DNA of 64,000 nt from Camelus dromedarius. Its lineage: Eukaryota. The DNA is taken from assembly GCF_036321535.1 (NCBI RefSeq), contig NC_087437.1, forward strand, positions 37,698,001 through 37,762,000, given 5' to 3'. A model generated the notes under the pieces. That model saw nothing but the letters and a program-made list of their open reading frames with translations. It did not search any database and was not told where the DNA came from. The position numbers and the translations under genes were made by a program. Shown here one piece after another: positions 1 to 12,651 of the stretch (its first letter is position 1; every line of letters starts with the position of its first letter).

Positions 1-1719
1 ATATTTTGTTTCTGTCAGGTATTCTTTTAAGGAGAATATAAAATACCTCACAGGTTAAGAATTATATTTAGAAGAGTCTCTGAAGGATTTGATTACCTTC
101 TTGAAACCCTACACTGATTTCAGTGAAATCATCTCAAGATACGCAAATACATTACAGAGTATCTCTTATTTTGGAGTAAAAAAAGAGATATTTTGAGATA
201 TGACCATAGTAGCGTGACATTGCCTTATACTTGCTTCAACAAATTGACAGTTAAAAATACATTTTCCTTACTCAATCACTATTTAGGCTACATTTTATAA
301 TTTCTCTTAGTAGCACAATTATGTTAAATACTGCTTATAAAAATGAAGATACTTTTAGTAGAAGAAGTATGCAGGCTTTGGATTCACAAAATGCTTTTTA
401 TATAGAGTGTAAACAGATTCTCTTTCAGAAGTAAAGTGGGATTTGCTTTTGAAAAGGGCTGTCAATATTTCATTATTTGTAATATCTTTTTAATGACTTA
501 TTTTATCATTTTTATGACTGGGAACTATACTCTAAAGAGGGAGAGAATATTGCAAGCATTCTCCAACTATGTATCCCCTTTTATTTTGATCCCTTATTGT
601 CTTAAATTCTTAGTTACATTTTTATGTCAGTTTACTTAGTCATTTGGTGGATTCCAAAAAGTATCATAATACAAATTTAAGACCCTCTCCCATATATATC
701 TTTAGCAGTTTCTTGATGATTATATTTTAAGTTATTTCAACAAATTCTACAGTTTTAAGCACACAGTATTGTATATGATGCACATAGTATTAAATATGTT
801 ATATATATTTGAGCACATAGTATTAATACTGTGTGGGCAAGTTGGATAGGACATGGTTCCCATGAATGTGGCCTTTCGATCAGTACAGAAGAGCTCCACA
901 AGTCAGAGGGCCTTGACTATAACTAAATTTATTATAGAACACATGGCTGTTTCTGCTCAGCACAACACATAAACTTAAATATTTGCTGTCATGATTAACA
1001 CCATTCAGATCCCAGGAAAAGCTTCATTACGTATGTTGGCACTTGTTCTTGAAGCAAACGGTGACTGTATCCAAATATTTTGAAGATTTGTGGGCTGTAC
1101 TGTTGCCAGTGTCAAAGACTGACTTCCTTGGACTGCAGAGAAAGTTTGAGAGATAGAAACACTTTAAAAAAATAGACTAATTATTTTGAAAATCCTTTCT
1201 TTCAGCTAACACGAATGTGTTAGATTCTTACATAATGAAGTACTGTTTCCCAGGAATGCCAAGTGTCCATTTTCTTGCATCTCTTTGTTCTCTGATTTGT
1301 GAGCCTTAAGGTACTCAGAAGTAAGTAACATTTTTTGCAACTGTTGCACATTCTGGCTGAGGAACTTTTCAATATTTAACAATTCATATTACTCTCAATG
1401 AAGATTCCATCATCACTCTTGATGAAGGATGTGTGCTCAAGAGATATCTGCTCATACAGGGGAAGGAGAAGCAGAAAAATGGTTGAAGATAGTATTACAG
1501 GATTAAGCCTCACATTTTGGCTGGATAATTTATTTTTGACTCTAGGGTCCAAACAAAATAAGTTTTGTTAATCCATTGATATCATAATTTTTTTCCATTT
1601 TTAAGTTGTAGACTGTTACCTACCTCCTGAATTTTTGGAGTTAGATTCAATGTATTTTTATTTTTTAATTTAAGATTTATTTGTGGCATTACTTCTGAGC
1701 CCATATACATTTCTGGGGG

Positions 1720-2420
1720 TATCTTTTAGTTTTCTGCATGATAGATAATAACTTGAAAGGGCATAATTTTCTAATTATTAACTTTTTTTTTAGAATCCTA
1801 TCAAGTACTCCATTGTTTTCTGCAGAAGAAAGATCTGAAATTAACTTGCTATTTATTCCTTTTTCTATATAGATGACTCTCAGCTTTATTTCTTTATAAA
1901 TAGAAAATTTGCTAGGCTATATATGGTTCAAATTTCCTTTTATTTATTTATTTCCTTAGAATGTAGTAATAGTTTGTATGTGCATTCTCATTTCGCTTTA
2001 ATCTAAAGAATTTTTATGGTTAATTTAATGAAGATTATTGCTTCTGCTTCACTTCATCTCATTTCCTTCTTGGAAACATTTTCTTGGAAACATCTCCCAT
2101 GTTCTCCATCCCTTTTCCTTGCTCTAGGCCACAGGAAATGCAAGCTCTTGTGTGACCTTTCTACCTAATTTTTCAAGTCCTCGTAGAATCTACTTTGTCT
2201 TTCTTTGGCTATGTGTGCTTGCTGTCTGACTACAGGGATTGATTTTGATCCCTTGAGACATTTTTACATTTTTTCTCTTATCTACAACTAATGTCCTATT
2301 CTATACTCCTCTAATTCCCAGTAGTATATTTCTAAACTGGTCACTTCCCTCTAACTCTCAATTCCTAAAAGGAAACCAAACTGTTTTTAAAACATTCTTC
2401 AATATATATTTTGTAAAGAT
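1720..2420 (-). mobile_element. Very old L1/HAL1-like fragment (ORF1 region, antisense)
   Basis: Degenerate similarity to the antisense of the L1/HAL1 ORF1 3' region, e.g. 'gtactccattgttttctgcagaagaaagatctgaaattaacttgctatttattcctttt'. Boundaries approximate. Confidence 0.5.
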
Positions 2421-3234
2421 ATTGAAGTTATCCAACAATAATGATAAAATAATCAGAGCCTTTTTCAACAAAATGAGAGTATCAAGTGTGTTTTGTTACT
2501 TAACTTTATAATGCTAATTAGATGTTTCAGTATGTCTTCTACTGTTGCTCCTGTTTGGTACATTATGCATTGAACTTTCAAAAATGTTAGATATCATTCT
2601 GTTCATCTCTTTCATTTAGAATTACTGAGGTAGAGAGATTAAGCTACTTACCTCTATCTCTCAGGTAGTTATTAGAGGATATGAAACTTCTGTCCCCTCA
2701 AGGTTTTTTGTACTAAAACACATTATCTCATCCTGAATGAAAGATGTTTGGTAGGTATAGCATTTTTAGAGTCATTGTCTTCCCTTAATTTCCAATTATT
2801 TTACCATATCTTCTAAGAAAACTGGGTAGAGTGTTCTAGCAACAAGGCAGTGGCAAATACCTGTCTGGTCCTTATCTAACTGGCTGTCATAGGACTGGAC
2901 TTACATTGGCAAATATTTAATCATCTGTCAGCCTCTTGTTGGTGACTTGAGCTAATCAATATCCAATCATGCATTTATGCCATCTGTATTCAGTTCAGCT
3001 TCCAACATGGGCCTGATTCTATTTAGATTGGCTTTGAATCTATTCTACTCTGCACTTCCGTTACCACTACTGAGTATTTCTTGCTACTGTAGTTTTCTGA
3101 ATTCTCCTTGTGTTTTTTTCAGGCTCTCTTCTTCAGTGCTGATTCAGGATGCTTCTTAAAAAGAAATTTGATCATACCCACAAAACAAAAGCTGGGTTTC
3201 AGAGATGTAAATCACCAGTGAAGATTTAGGATTG

Positions 3235-3302
3235 CACTTTGCTGCACACGTGAAACAAACATTGTAAATTGACTACACATCAATAAAAAATAAGAATAGA
3301 AA
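3235..3302 (+). mobile_element. Extremely 5'-truncated L1 (3' terminus plus A-rich tail) with TSD
   Basis: 'cactttgctgcacacgtgaaacaaacattgtaaattgactacacatcaataaaaaa' matches the reverse complement of the L1 3' end at ~57491-57548. It is flanked by aagatttaggattg (3221-3234) and aagatttaagattg (3303-3316), 13/14 identical. Confidence 0.8.
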
Positions 3303-3349
3303 AAGATTTAAGATTGTATATTTGGAAAGAATTATAGAGATTTCCTAAT

Positions 3350-3700
3350 CAAAATCTAGGCATTCTTGAAATTCTTTCAGGGATATTGTAAGATCAAAAT
3401 TAATTTCTTAACAATTTAAGGTTTTGTTTCCTTTTTACTTCTATTCTCACCTGAGTATCCAGTATCCAGAGACTACCTGACTGAATGCCAAAGATGTGTT
3501 GAGCTGCTTTCTATTAAGCCAATAAAGAGATTTTGCAAAAAGGTAAAATAATGTCATGTTTCTCAATATTTCTGTTATGGAAAGTATCATTTTTGTTTTG
3601 TTCTTATAAATGTATATTAACGTGTAAGGAGTTTACTTTTTGTTATTTTTAAATAAATTAATAAACACATTAAATTTTTTTCTCAATTTTAACTTATAAT
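3350..3700. mobile_element. hAT-Charlie1-derived DNA transposon (MER119-like)
   Basis: 'gagctgctttctattaagccaataaagagattttgcaaaaaggtaaaataatgtca' and 'ctttcagggatattgtaagatcaaaattaatttc' resemble Charlie1/MER119 sequence. Confidence 0.7.
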
Positions 3701-3729
3701 GCAGTAGAAGTTACCACCTACTTTAAGCC

Positions 3730-3830
3730 TTCGGTTTGATTTCTGACTTTAACATTTACAAGGTACAGCCAACCTAGGGCAAGTTAATTAACCATGCTAA
3801 GCCTTCTATTTCTACATAGAAGACTTAAAT
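3730..3830 (+). mobile_element. MIR SINE fragment
   Basis: MIR core-like 'acctagggcaagttaattaaccatgctaagccttctatttct'. Confidence 0.6.
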
Positions 3831-5889
3831 AGGATCAACTAAACATGAAATAAATGCTGTTTATTATTAATAAGTAAGATCAAGATATTTATGTTGCCTT
3901 TTCTTTTAGAAATTGTGAAAGCATTTTGTAAATGGTAAAGTTTTATAAGAATATTTTAGCTGATTGTCCTGAGCATTCAAGTTTGTAGATGCCCCAAACT
4001 AAATCCAGTGACATAATTTTCAGTCAGAATTCCAGATGCCATATTAAATCATCTACTCTTTCTCTGCCAGGAATAGCACTACTTTATCTCATGGCTCTCC
4101 ATTTTCTAAATTTGGATCTAGAATTATGGAAAACTGTATGTCTACCAGCATTCTAAAAAATAATATTTCTAATACAATAGATTTGCTTAGTCACAGAACA
4201 ATTCAAATATGCAAAATAATTGTTCTTTGCATAAAATATTTCAGATAATTCTTTATACTTCAAAAAAAAGATTTCCATTTTTAATGTTCTTTCAAGACTT
4301 AAGATTGTAAAGTCTCAGGTGTGTTTGTCTTTAATGAGTATAACTTCTCTGAATCTCTCTTTAAAGAGAGGGGTATATCCTGGGGTATCAATTTTCAGCA
4401 ATTGCACTTATCAAAATGATTAAAAGATGGGCTCTATTTAAAATCAGGAATCCTGAATACAGAATTCAGGAGAATTCCTTCTAGTAAAGAGGAGATGGGA
4501 TATAGAAAACTACAGTACACTTTTAGTGGTGCAGGTCCTTTGCTTTGGGCATCTTTTGTATTACAGCTATTCTATATGTAAGGATTTTGGTTTTAGCTAG
4601 AAATAAATAAAATCAAGTAATGACAATAACAACTTTGTGGCTTCAATAACACATAAAAAGATCTGTATAAATACACTATCATCTGTTTTTTTCTACTACA
4701 TTTTCTACAGTGGCATGCTTTTGCCTGATGGCTTTTAGGAACAGTTCAAGTCTAGATAGGCAAATGTTAAACCTGTTGACATTGAAATTAAATCCCTGAT
4801 CCTATTGCTAATGGCATAATGCTTTAACAAATATAAGATATAGCAGCCTAAAGCACACATTATCCACAGAAATTTAAGGAAAGCAAATGCATATGAAGCA
4901 AATATGTGAATTTCAACTCCTTCTATAGTGTAGATATATAGAGAAAAAGTAACTCTTTGTTTTTGTTATATGTAATCTGTGAATATTTCTTTTGGATCCC
5001 AACCTTTGACAGTATGTGTTTGGCAGAGGGGAAAGGAAGTGACTATGTATATGATTCTGTCAAAAACAATCCAACTATTTAAAGTGTCATTTAGTGTTTG
5101 TTTATTTTAGTATAAAATTTTTCATTTTTTCCAATTATCTCCCCACCCTAAAAATCACCATCATGCCATATGAACAAGAAGGGTGATGTTTTTGTGTCTT
5201 TGTAAATTTGAAGATAAAGGAACTGTGTTGGTCTTTGATTGTGTAAAGGCACCTTCTGGTCTTCAGGGCAATGAGTTTTTTCTACTGGCTCAGGACCCAT
5301 CTTGCAGGTGAATTTGCATTCTGCTCTTTTGGTTTGGGTACTGAAGCCATCTTTCAGTTGATTTATCTGCTTTACCTAAGCACTTTCAAGCTTTCAACCA
5401 CTGCTCTCAGCCCATGGTCTGACAGGATATAACTTCACCACACTATGACAAATGCCCTGGGGGGTCCTCTGGCTCTCAATTTACTTCCAATCCATACAAG
5501 AAGTAAAATTAGACTAAGAAAGCTAATTTTCAAAGTTCTCCCTTGATCACACTTTCTTCTAGATTTTTTTAATGAGATACTCTGCAAAATCCCCTCCTGC
5601 CAATGATTGAATAGGTGGTCAAGGGAGGAATTTCTGCTGTTGATGCTCTTTTCAGCAAAGCATTTCCCCACCTTTCTACAGTTTTTTTTCAGGATTAAAA
5701 TGATATGAACTTTTCTTTTACTTCTAAGTAACATTCCCCTTCCTCTTGCATTGAGCTAAGAGTTAAATGGTAGACACAGAAGGAGAAATTATTGAGACTG
5801 ACTTTGTAGGCCTATCTTTGGTATGTTACATCAGAACTAAAAAAATCTAGTAAATTATCTTTTAAGAAAGTAGCCAGGCTTTCAAATTC

Positions 5890-6058
5890 AAATATATGCA
5901 TGTGAAAAAAAAAAAAAAAAGCACAGCAAAAAGACAAAATAGAAATGCCTTAAGATATTCAGCCTCTGGATGGTGACATAATGGGTCACTGTTATTTATG
6001 TTATATTCTTTTCTTTATTTCCCATGTATTACATTACTTTTATGATCTGAAAAAAAAG
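5890..6058 (+). mobile_element. L1ME-type 3' end
   Basis: 'ctctggatggtgacataatgggtcactgttattt...catgtattacattacttttatgatctgaaaaaaaa' resembles the L1ME4-like 3' terminus. Confidence 0.6.
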
Positions 6059-8144
6059 TACTGAAAGGCCTTTTCTTGTCAGAAATACCACTAAAATGAC
6101 TTTTCCCAGATATCTCTCTCTCCTCACCAATAGCATAAAATAGAAATTGGAACAAGGAAGAGATAAGATGTGATAGGAATTATTTGGTCACAGTTGAGAA
6201 CTTCCTTAGGATAAAATTGTAATATATAGATGTAGTTTATGGACATGACTGGGTATGAAATTTCAAACAAAATGTTATTTTCTTTTTTTCCTAAACATGA
6301 TAATGTCTCAAGTACAGTACCAGTTAGCTGGCCTTATATAACAGTGAGACTGTTTATGTAAAGAAGATACAAGAAACTTACTTAAGTGTACCAAAAAGGA
6401 TAAAGTTTAATCAGAACAAAAGAGATTTTTCAAAAGGCAGCATCTTTCTAAATCCCTTTTTAATCTCTAAAATAAAAGGGCTAGGCAAATGATCTCTAAG
6501 GTCCCTTTCTACCACAGTGTTCTCTGATAGCATGAAATCCGACTCTCTAATGAAGGATAATGCTGCACTGAATCAGGCCAAAGAGATTTACTGATAGGAA
6601 ATATGAGAAACCCAAATTAATCAACAGAATGAAGGAAACTAGGACTGGCTTATGGCTTATTTTTTTCAGAATCACAAAAACAAATAGAGTTGCATCTGGT
6701 TGAGATAATGATGCTAAAATAATGTCAACATGTGAAAACAAAGGGTCTAATATTTCAATTTTAACATTAGATGAAATTGCACGTTTAGGTAATATATAAT
6801 TTTGATTATACTTATGAAATTACTTTTTAAATATAATCAATGTTTGAAGCAAAATATTTCTTTTTTTTTTTTTAATCTCTTGTAGGATCAACCATCTGGG
6901 GCTTGATAACATTAATTACAGTGACACTTAATCAGGAAGATGTTTTCTGGCTGACTCACTTGTCTAAAACCCCACAAAGGTGTGGGAGATTGCCCTTAAA
7001 CCGCTTAAAATCTATGTCACTTTAATATAAAAGATTGAAATGAAAGTAGAATGATAGGAACAAACAAGAGATGACAGGCTGATAGTAATGGAGGGGAGAG
7101 ATAACTGTAAACAAACACAAGAGCAAAGAGCTTAGTGATTTGAGGCCATTTAATCCAAGAAAATCATTCTTATATACCTGCCTTAATGCCAAATGAAGAA
7201 TCTTTGTATTGTCTCAGCATAATAACTGAGGCTCATAATGATACTAATTATTTTTAAAAAGTGAAGTTTATAATGTTCATATAAAGGTTTCATCAAAGAC
7301 TGTTAAAGAAATACAACTTTGGCTCTTAAATGGATATATTTCAACAATGTGAGAAATGCACTTTTGTAAAACTAGTTCATTTTATTATAACAAAATATTG
7401 ATTTAAAATCTCACTATTATATTTTAAATTTTAAATTATTTTATTTTATCTTAATTTTTTTTTTTTTTTTAGTTAGGGAACAGAAGATGTTAACATTCTG
7501 AGAGTATCTCTTTGCATAATGTTTGTATTGTGATCTAAAAGACCATTTAAAAAACCCTTCTCGTAACTTGTTGCTAGAACATAGCTATTGGTTTATAATC
7601 CGTAAGTGACAGCTCTAGGACAACTAGGAATAATGTATTACAAAAAAGTTTACTGTAATTTTTATGCATTTTTGTATATATTATAAATGAGAAAATGTTT
7701 ATAGTATTTAAAGAGATCTGCTTAATTCTATTTCTCTTGTATGTAGAGAACCATTAGGAACAGGCCTTGGGGCTGAGAAGGGCAGGAGCACTTTCATATG
7801 ACGTTATACAGAAATGAATGGTAGATCCAGAGATCTTTGAGTGTGGAAAATTTGGTAATATATTAAAAAAGAGAGCATTTTAATTTAATTGTACAAATTA
7901 CTTTCAATCAGAGAATTACATCCCTTCATATAGAATAATGATGGTCTTCATTTTTAAGAACCTGTGTAAATTTCTATAAGTTTTTCAACCTAAACTCCCA
8001 AACTTAGATTTTATACAGACTGCAGTATGGTCACAGTAGTAATAAATTGGTTATTGCTGGGGCCAGTTGACAGTTTTCTTTCATTATCACCAATACCTAA
8101 CAGTTATGGCATTCCATATTCCTTTTAATTTATCTGTTCCTTTG

Positions 8145-8270
8145 AATAACTAGACTACAAACTCCATGAAGGCAAGGACCATGTTTGAAAATTTAGCACA
8201 TATTATAGTGCTTGGTGTATAGTAGATATTCATTATATGTTTATTCAGAGATTAAAATAATGAATGATTA
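8145..8270 (+). mobile_element. L2 LINE 3' end
   Basis: 'ctagactacaaactccatgaaggcaaggaccatg...gtgcttggtgtatagtagatattca...tgaatga' matches the L2 3' terminus. Confidence 0.7.
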
Positions 8271-8864
8271 GTGGATTTTTCCCATTTTTCCCTTCTTTCC
8301 CAGTTCATTTGGTTGAAACTTAAGTACTCTACCTAATTATACTCATTACCATCTCTGATTTGTTCCTGAAAGGTAATGCTGATTGAGACCAGATGTCCCA
8401 GAATAATGATTCCTCATTTCACCATACTGCTCCACTTTCCTGAGCAACAATCCTGCAACCCCTACTTGTACAGCTAGGGTAGCCTGTTTAATTGCTTGAG
8501 TACCAGGCTTTGTAGCTGAATTATTTCCATATAGCTGATTTACAATATATAGAATGTAACAAATAACAGCTATGTCAAATACTGATTCACTGATTTAGAT
8601 TTTCAAGTACTTGTGCTCTTTGTCCCCCGTACCTTGTGGGTAGTGCTAATGTCTTGTATTAAGTAATCCTATGTAACACTTTAAACAGCTTCTTGCATGA
8701 GTTTGAAAATAAATGTATATTTATTTAGGCATATAGGTTTATTGTAAATTAATCATAAATATTTCTCTTCTTTGAATAGCAAGCATGTGAGTTTTTTACT
8801 TGTCTTTGTATCAGATAAGATATAATCTCCAGTATATATTACATGGAATTATTATGTTAAAATA

Positions 8865-9080
8865 TTATTCACTCATTCATTTTCACATATATTTATTCAT
8901 TTATAAATATTTATAAAGTATCTACTATATACAAGAGTCTGTGTAAGGTAGAATGGTAAAAACAGTAATAGCTCCAACAATGACAATGTGGTCTCTGACC
9001 AGATGAGTTTACAGTCTGGTAAAAGATGTAAAAAAAATAGTTAAGTATGAAACAGAACATAGTAGTCACAAAAGGTGTAA
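8865..9080 (-). mobile_element. L2 LINE 3' end (antisense)
   Basis: (TTCA)-rich tail followed by 'tatctactatatacaagagtctgtgtaagg...gtggtctctgaccagatgagtttacagtctgg'. Confidence 0.65.
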
Positions 9081-10599
9081 TGCTGTGTTAAATCGGAATT
9101 CAAGGATCTGGTCTTATTTACGTCTTATCTCTTCAGCTCCTAGTACAAAGTCTAATGCTTTTATCAAAGTAGTGCCTTTTTATTGTTTTTAATTATTTGT
9201 GCTGATTTTAAGTTACATTTTAAAGCATAAAACCTGTGTTACATAACTTACCAACTAAGACACAATTATTCAACCTGTTGTAGACAAAATAGAGGCTTAC
9301 GGGTTTCATATACTTTCTATTGCTGATGAAGCCTTTTTTAGTGTCACCCTATTAACTATTACAGTAATTAATTTCATATTATATTCTTACACAGCACATT
9401 TCTTCTATATACAAATGGAAAGGATTGTAGTCTAGGGTTTCAATTTAGGCATGTATGTTAAGGTTGATCACCAGCCGTTCAGTATTGTGCTTTCCTATTG
9501 GAGTCATGTCATAAATGTATGGATATTTTCTGCTTTAGTGGTCATGGTCTTTTATTCCTGCTTTGGCTTTTTAAAAATCAGACCAGGTTTATTTTCCTAA
9601 GGATCTAAATATCTATTTATGCGTCTTTATATTTTCTCTCACCTAGTAGAGATTTAGAAAACATCGCTACTCATTCATCTTTTGGCTTTAGATCAGAAAC
9701 TTTCCTTTCTACTTTGGATCAGATTTGTATCCTCTACATTAAAATCTACAAAATTATCCCATAGCACATATTTCATTCACTCAATTTTGGCAAGGGAGAA
9801 ACTTTCCCATTCAGTCTTGACGTGGGAGAAACTGAAGCTGTTTACATGAAACCATCAATACAGAGGTTATAGCAAATTCATGGAGTCCTCTGACATTTTT
9901 TAAAATGGAGAACCATGGCACTGGTTTCAGAATATATGGGTCCTTGTGATTTTTAATGCCAGCTTCAAGCAAACAACACAGAGGTGTGGGTATAAAGGAC
10001 TTAATATTTTTTTAAAATACCAAATCTAAATCCCCCACCCTGAACTTTAAGAACCATAAAATTGTTCTAATATCTAAAACAGTCAGATATTAGACTGTTT
10101 AATCTATGGTAGATATTTAATCTATGATAATAATTATAGGAAATATATTTATCCTATGGTATATATAATACTAAATAGTTAATCCATGTTAGTAATAACC
10201 ATAAGAAACTATATTGACCTTGGAATATTGCCCTAAATATTACTGCAACTCTTTTTTGCTCAGGAAGGGTGTTTTATAAAAACACAGTCATTTCTGCCTT
10301 TACTCCATCAATAGAACCTTATTTTGTTTCCTTTCATGTTTTGTTTTCCTTCCACATTTATGCTTTTTTTCCCCATTCTTTTTTCAATGAAAGACTCAGT
10401 AATCCAACAGCAAGGAATACTCCTAAATGAATAGAGAAACCAGGTGAGATTTAAAAAGTGTTAATGGAGGAGATGAAGTAGAAATTTTTTCTGTTCAGAA
10501 GCTAAAGTCACATATGTGACTGTAGAATATTTAGAATGAAAATATTTTGGAAATGCAGCTAATTAACATCTATAGTGTAAGGCCTGAACAGGGAGGGTT

Positions 10600-12030
10600 C
10601 AGGAGAAAACTATCTTTCAACATACTCATAGAAAAAAAGACTAAAAATATGTGAACCAAATACTCAATAATAACAATAAACACCTAAAAAGAGAAGAGTG
10701 AACAAAACTTTCTTATTCTAATAAAAGAAAACATTATGGTTAAAAAAAGAGTCTTTCCAATAGCAATATAACCCAAAATATTCAAGAACTATATGAAGAA
10801 AAATATAATTTCTTTACTGCTAGTCATAATTCAAGACCAGAATAAATGGAGATGAACATCAGGATAAAATGAATCAATATTGTGAAGTTGTGGTGGACAG
10901 TGTGATGGGCCATCCAGATTCTTCTTCGATGAGAGAGTTGATCTCATAATTGTTAGGAGTGCTATCTGAAGACAGTCTTCAGCTGTCATCCCCTTTAGAA
11001 ATTGTCTCAGCTGAAGAGAGAGATGTTGCTCAGAGCCATGGCCCTTCCCTGGTCTCTCATATCCAATGACTGATTGATAAGAGACTTGGGCTATTTCAAC
11101 CTAACTTGGGAAACCCCTGACTGGCCATTCTAACTCCAGAGCTCCCGATGAGGTTAGCTGATGCTGTTATTGGACGTGCAGTGTCTCAACTCCTTCTAAC
11201 CATTACTATTACTTTATTCTTGTTTGAGAATATTGTGCATGCTGTCTTGGTCTCTAAGTCTCTTTTCCAGTGAACCTAGCCTGTGATAGTTAGGGCTATC
11301 CTTTCTTCTTCAATTCATTTAAGGAATTTGGTTTCCTCAATTTATGAGTCAAAACAATTGCAATCAAATTCCAAAAATATTGGTATGGGTTTACACACTA
11401 GTTTTAGGTTTAAGGTTTGTTTAGAGGATTTATGTGTCAAACTTCATTATTATTATATTAAATTTATTGGAGTGGAGATAAGGAGTAGGACTTTAAACCA
11501 AATATCAGAAATTCTTAAAAGTAGCTGTAGCTGCTCAGATGTCACAAGCATAGAGTTACACAAGTAAATGAGTGAAATAATCCAAAATCTTATCTATATC
11601 TATTTGTGAATATATTATGTGATGACTTTGAATTGATGAGGGAAGGAGAATATTCAATAAAATTATAGGGAAAGGAAAATTAGGGAAAAAGTATTTGGGC
11701 GAGAAAGCTTTGTGGATGCCTATCTCATTCATATCCCAAATGAAGTGCCAGATGGGTTAAAGACATAAGTATTTAAAACAACTATAAAGCATAGAAGAAT
11801 ATTTTTAATCATCTTCTCATGGAGATAGCCTCCCTAAAAGAGATAGCAAAGTTAGAACTCTAAAGGACAAGGATTAAATTTGAACTAATCAAATTCAAAA
11901 GTTATGATTGTCAAAGGATATCATAACCACCACACACATTAAGAAATTAAGCACAGAATCAGAATATGTTTGCAAAATATATACATGGTAAATGTTTGGC
12001 AATCTTAAGATAAAAAGCCCTCCGACAAAT
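10600..12030 (+). mobile_element. Old L1ME-like ORF2 fragment, interrupted by an LTR16 insertion
   Basis: A-rich decayed L1 ORF2-like sequence on both sides of 10889-11288, e.g. 'caagaactatatgaagaaaaatataattctttactg...aataaatggaga', 'tcaatattgtgaag', 'aattgcaatcaaattccaa', 'tattcaataaa', 'cagatgggttaaagacataa'. Confidence 0.65.
10889..11288 (+). mobile_element. ERVL solo LTR, LTR16 family (LTR16A-like)
   Basis: Begins 'tgtggtggacagtg'. Contains 'cagctgtcatcccctttagaaattgtctcagctgaagagag', 'catatccaatgactgattg' and 'ggccattctaactccagagctcccgatgaggttagctga'. Ends 'gaacctagcctgtgata'. Confidence 0.8.
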
Positions 12031-12317
12031 CATTCTACCAACATTGCTCATTTCTTCTTTGTCTGTCATGGGACGTGCACAGCATAGATAACTTTAATTT
12101 TTAAGTTTAAATTTACAGTAAATTCACAATACAGATTTATAATTTTTATCTTTCCATTTGCACTCCAAGTTGGGTTTTTTTTTTTTTTTTGTCTTTATTT
12201 CTATTCCAATGATGTAACTCTCTGCTGTCTTTATCTTCTTTTTATGCTAAACCTTGGCATTTAGCCTACAGCCCTGCTACTTCCCACCATTATTACCTCA
12301 GACAACGAGGTAGATTA

Positions 12318-12651
12318 TAGTAGTCCCCTCCTGATCAGTGGAGGAAATGTTTCAGGAACCCCAGGGGATGCCTGAAACCACAGATACTACCAAAGCCTAC
12401 ACTATGTTTTCCCTATATCAATTAGCAAGTAGTATATACAGGATGGATACACTGAACTAAAGGGTGATTTACCTCTGGGTAGAGCAAAACCAGACAGTGC
12501 AAGATTTCATCACACTACTCTGGACATCGTGGCAGTTTAAAACTTATGAGCGGTTTATTTCTGGAACTTTCTGTTTAATATTTTCAGACTGTGGTTGACC
12601 ACAGGTACTGAGAATGCAGAAAGTGGAATGGCAGGTGAAGGGGGACTATGG
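12318..12651. mobile_element. TcMar-Tigger MITE, MER44A-like
   Basis: Terminal inverted repeats 'tagtagtcccctcctgatc' and 'ggtgaagggggactatgg' with flanking TA (12316-17, 12652-53). Internal 'aagatttcatcacactactc...tttaaaacttatgagcggtttatttctggaa'. Confidence 0.85.

Noticed and set aside
757..826. Three copies of gcaca(c/t)agtatt with short spacers, superficially CRISPR-like
   Set aside because: The repeats are too short and irregular, and this is mammalian DNA with no cas genes; it is local AT-rich slippage.
4355..4370. Perfect 16-bp palindrome ctctctttaaagagag
   Set aside because: One or two 8-bp-arm palindromes are expected by chance in 64 kb of AT-rich DNA.
5435..5734. 99-aa minus-strand ORF with a hydrophobic C-terminal stretch
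   Set aside because: No recognisable homology or convincing exon structure; the length is within chance expectation for 64 kb.
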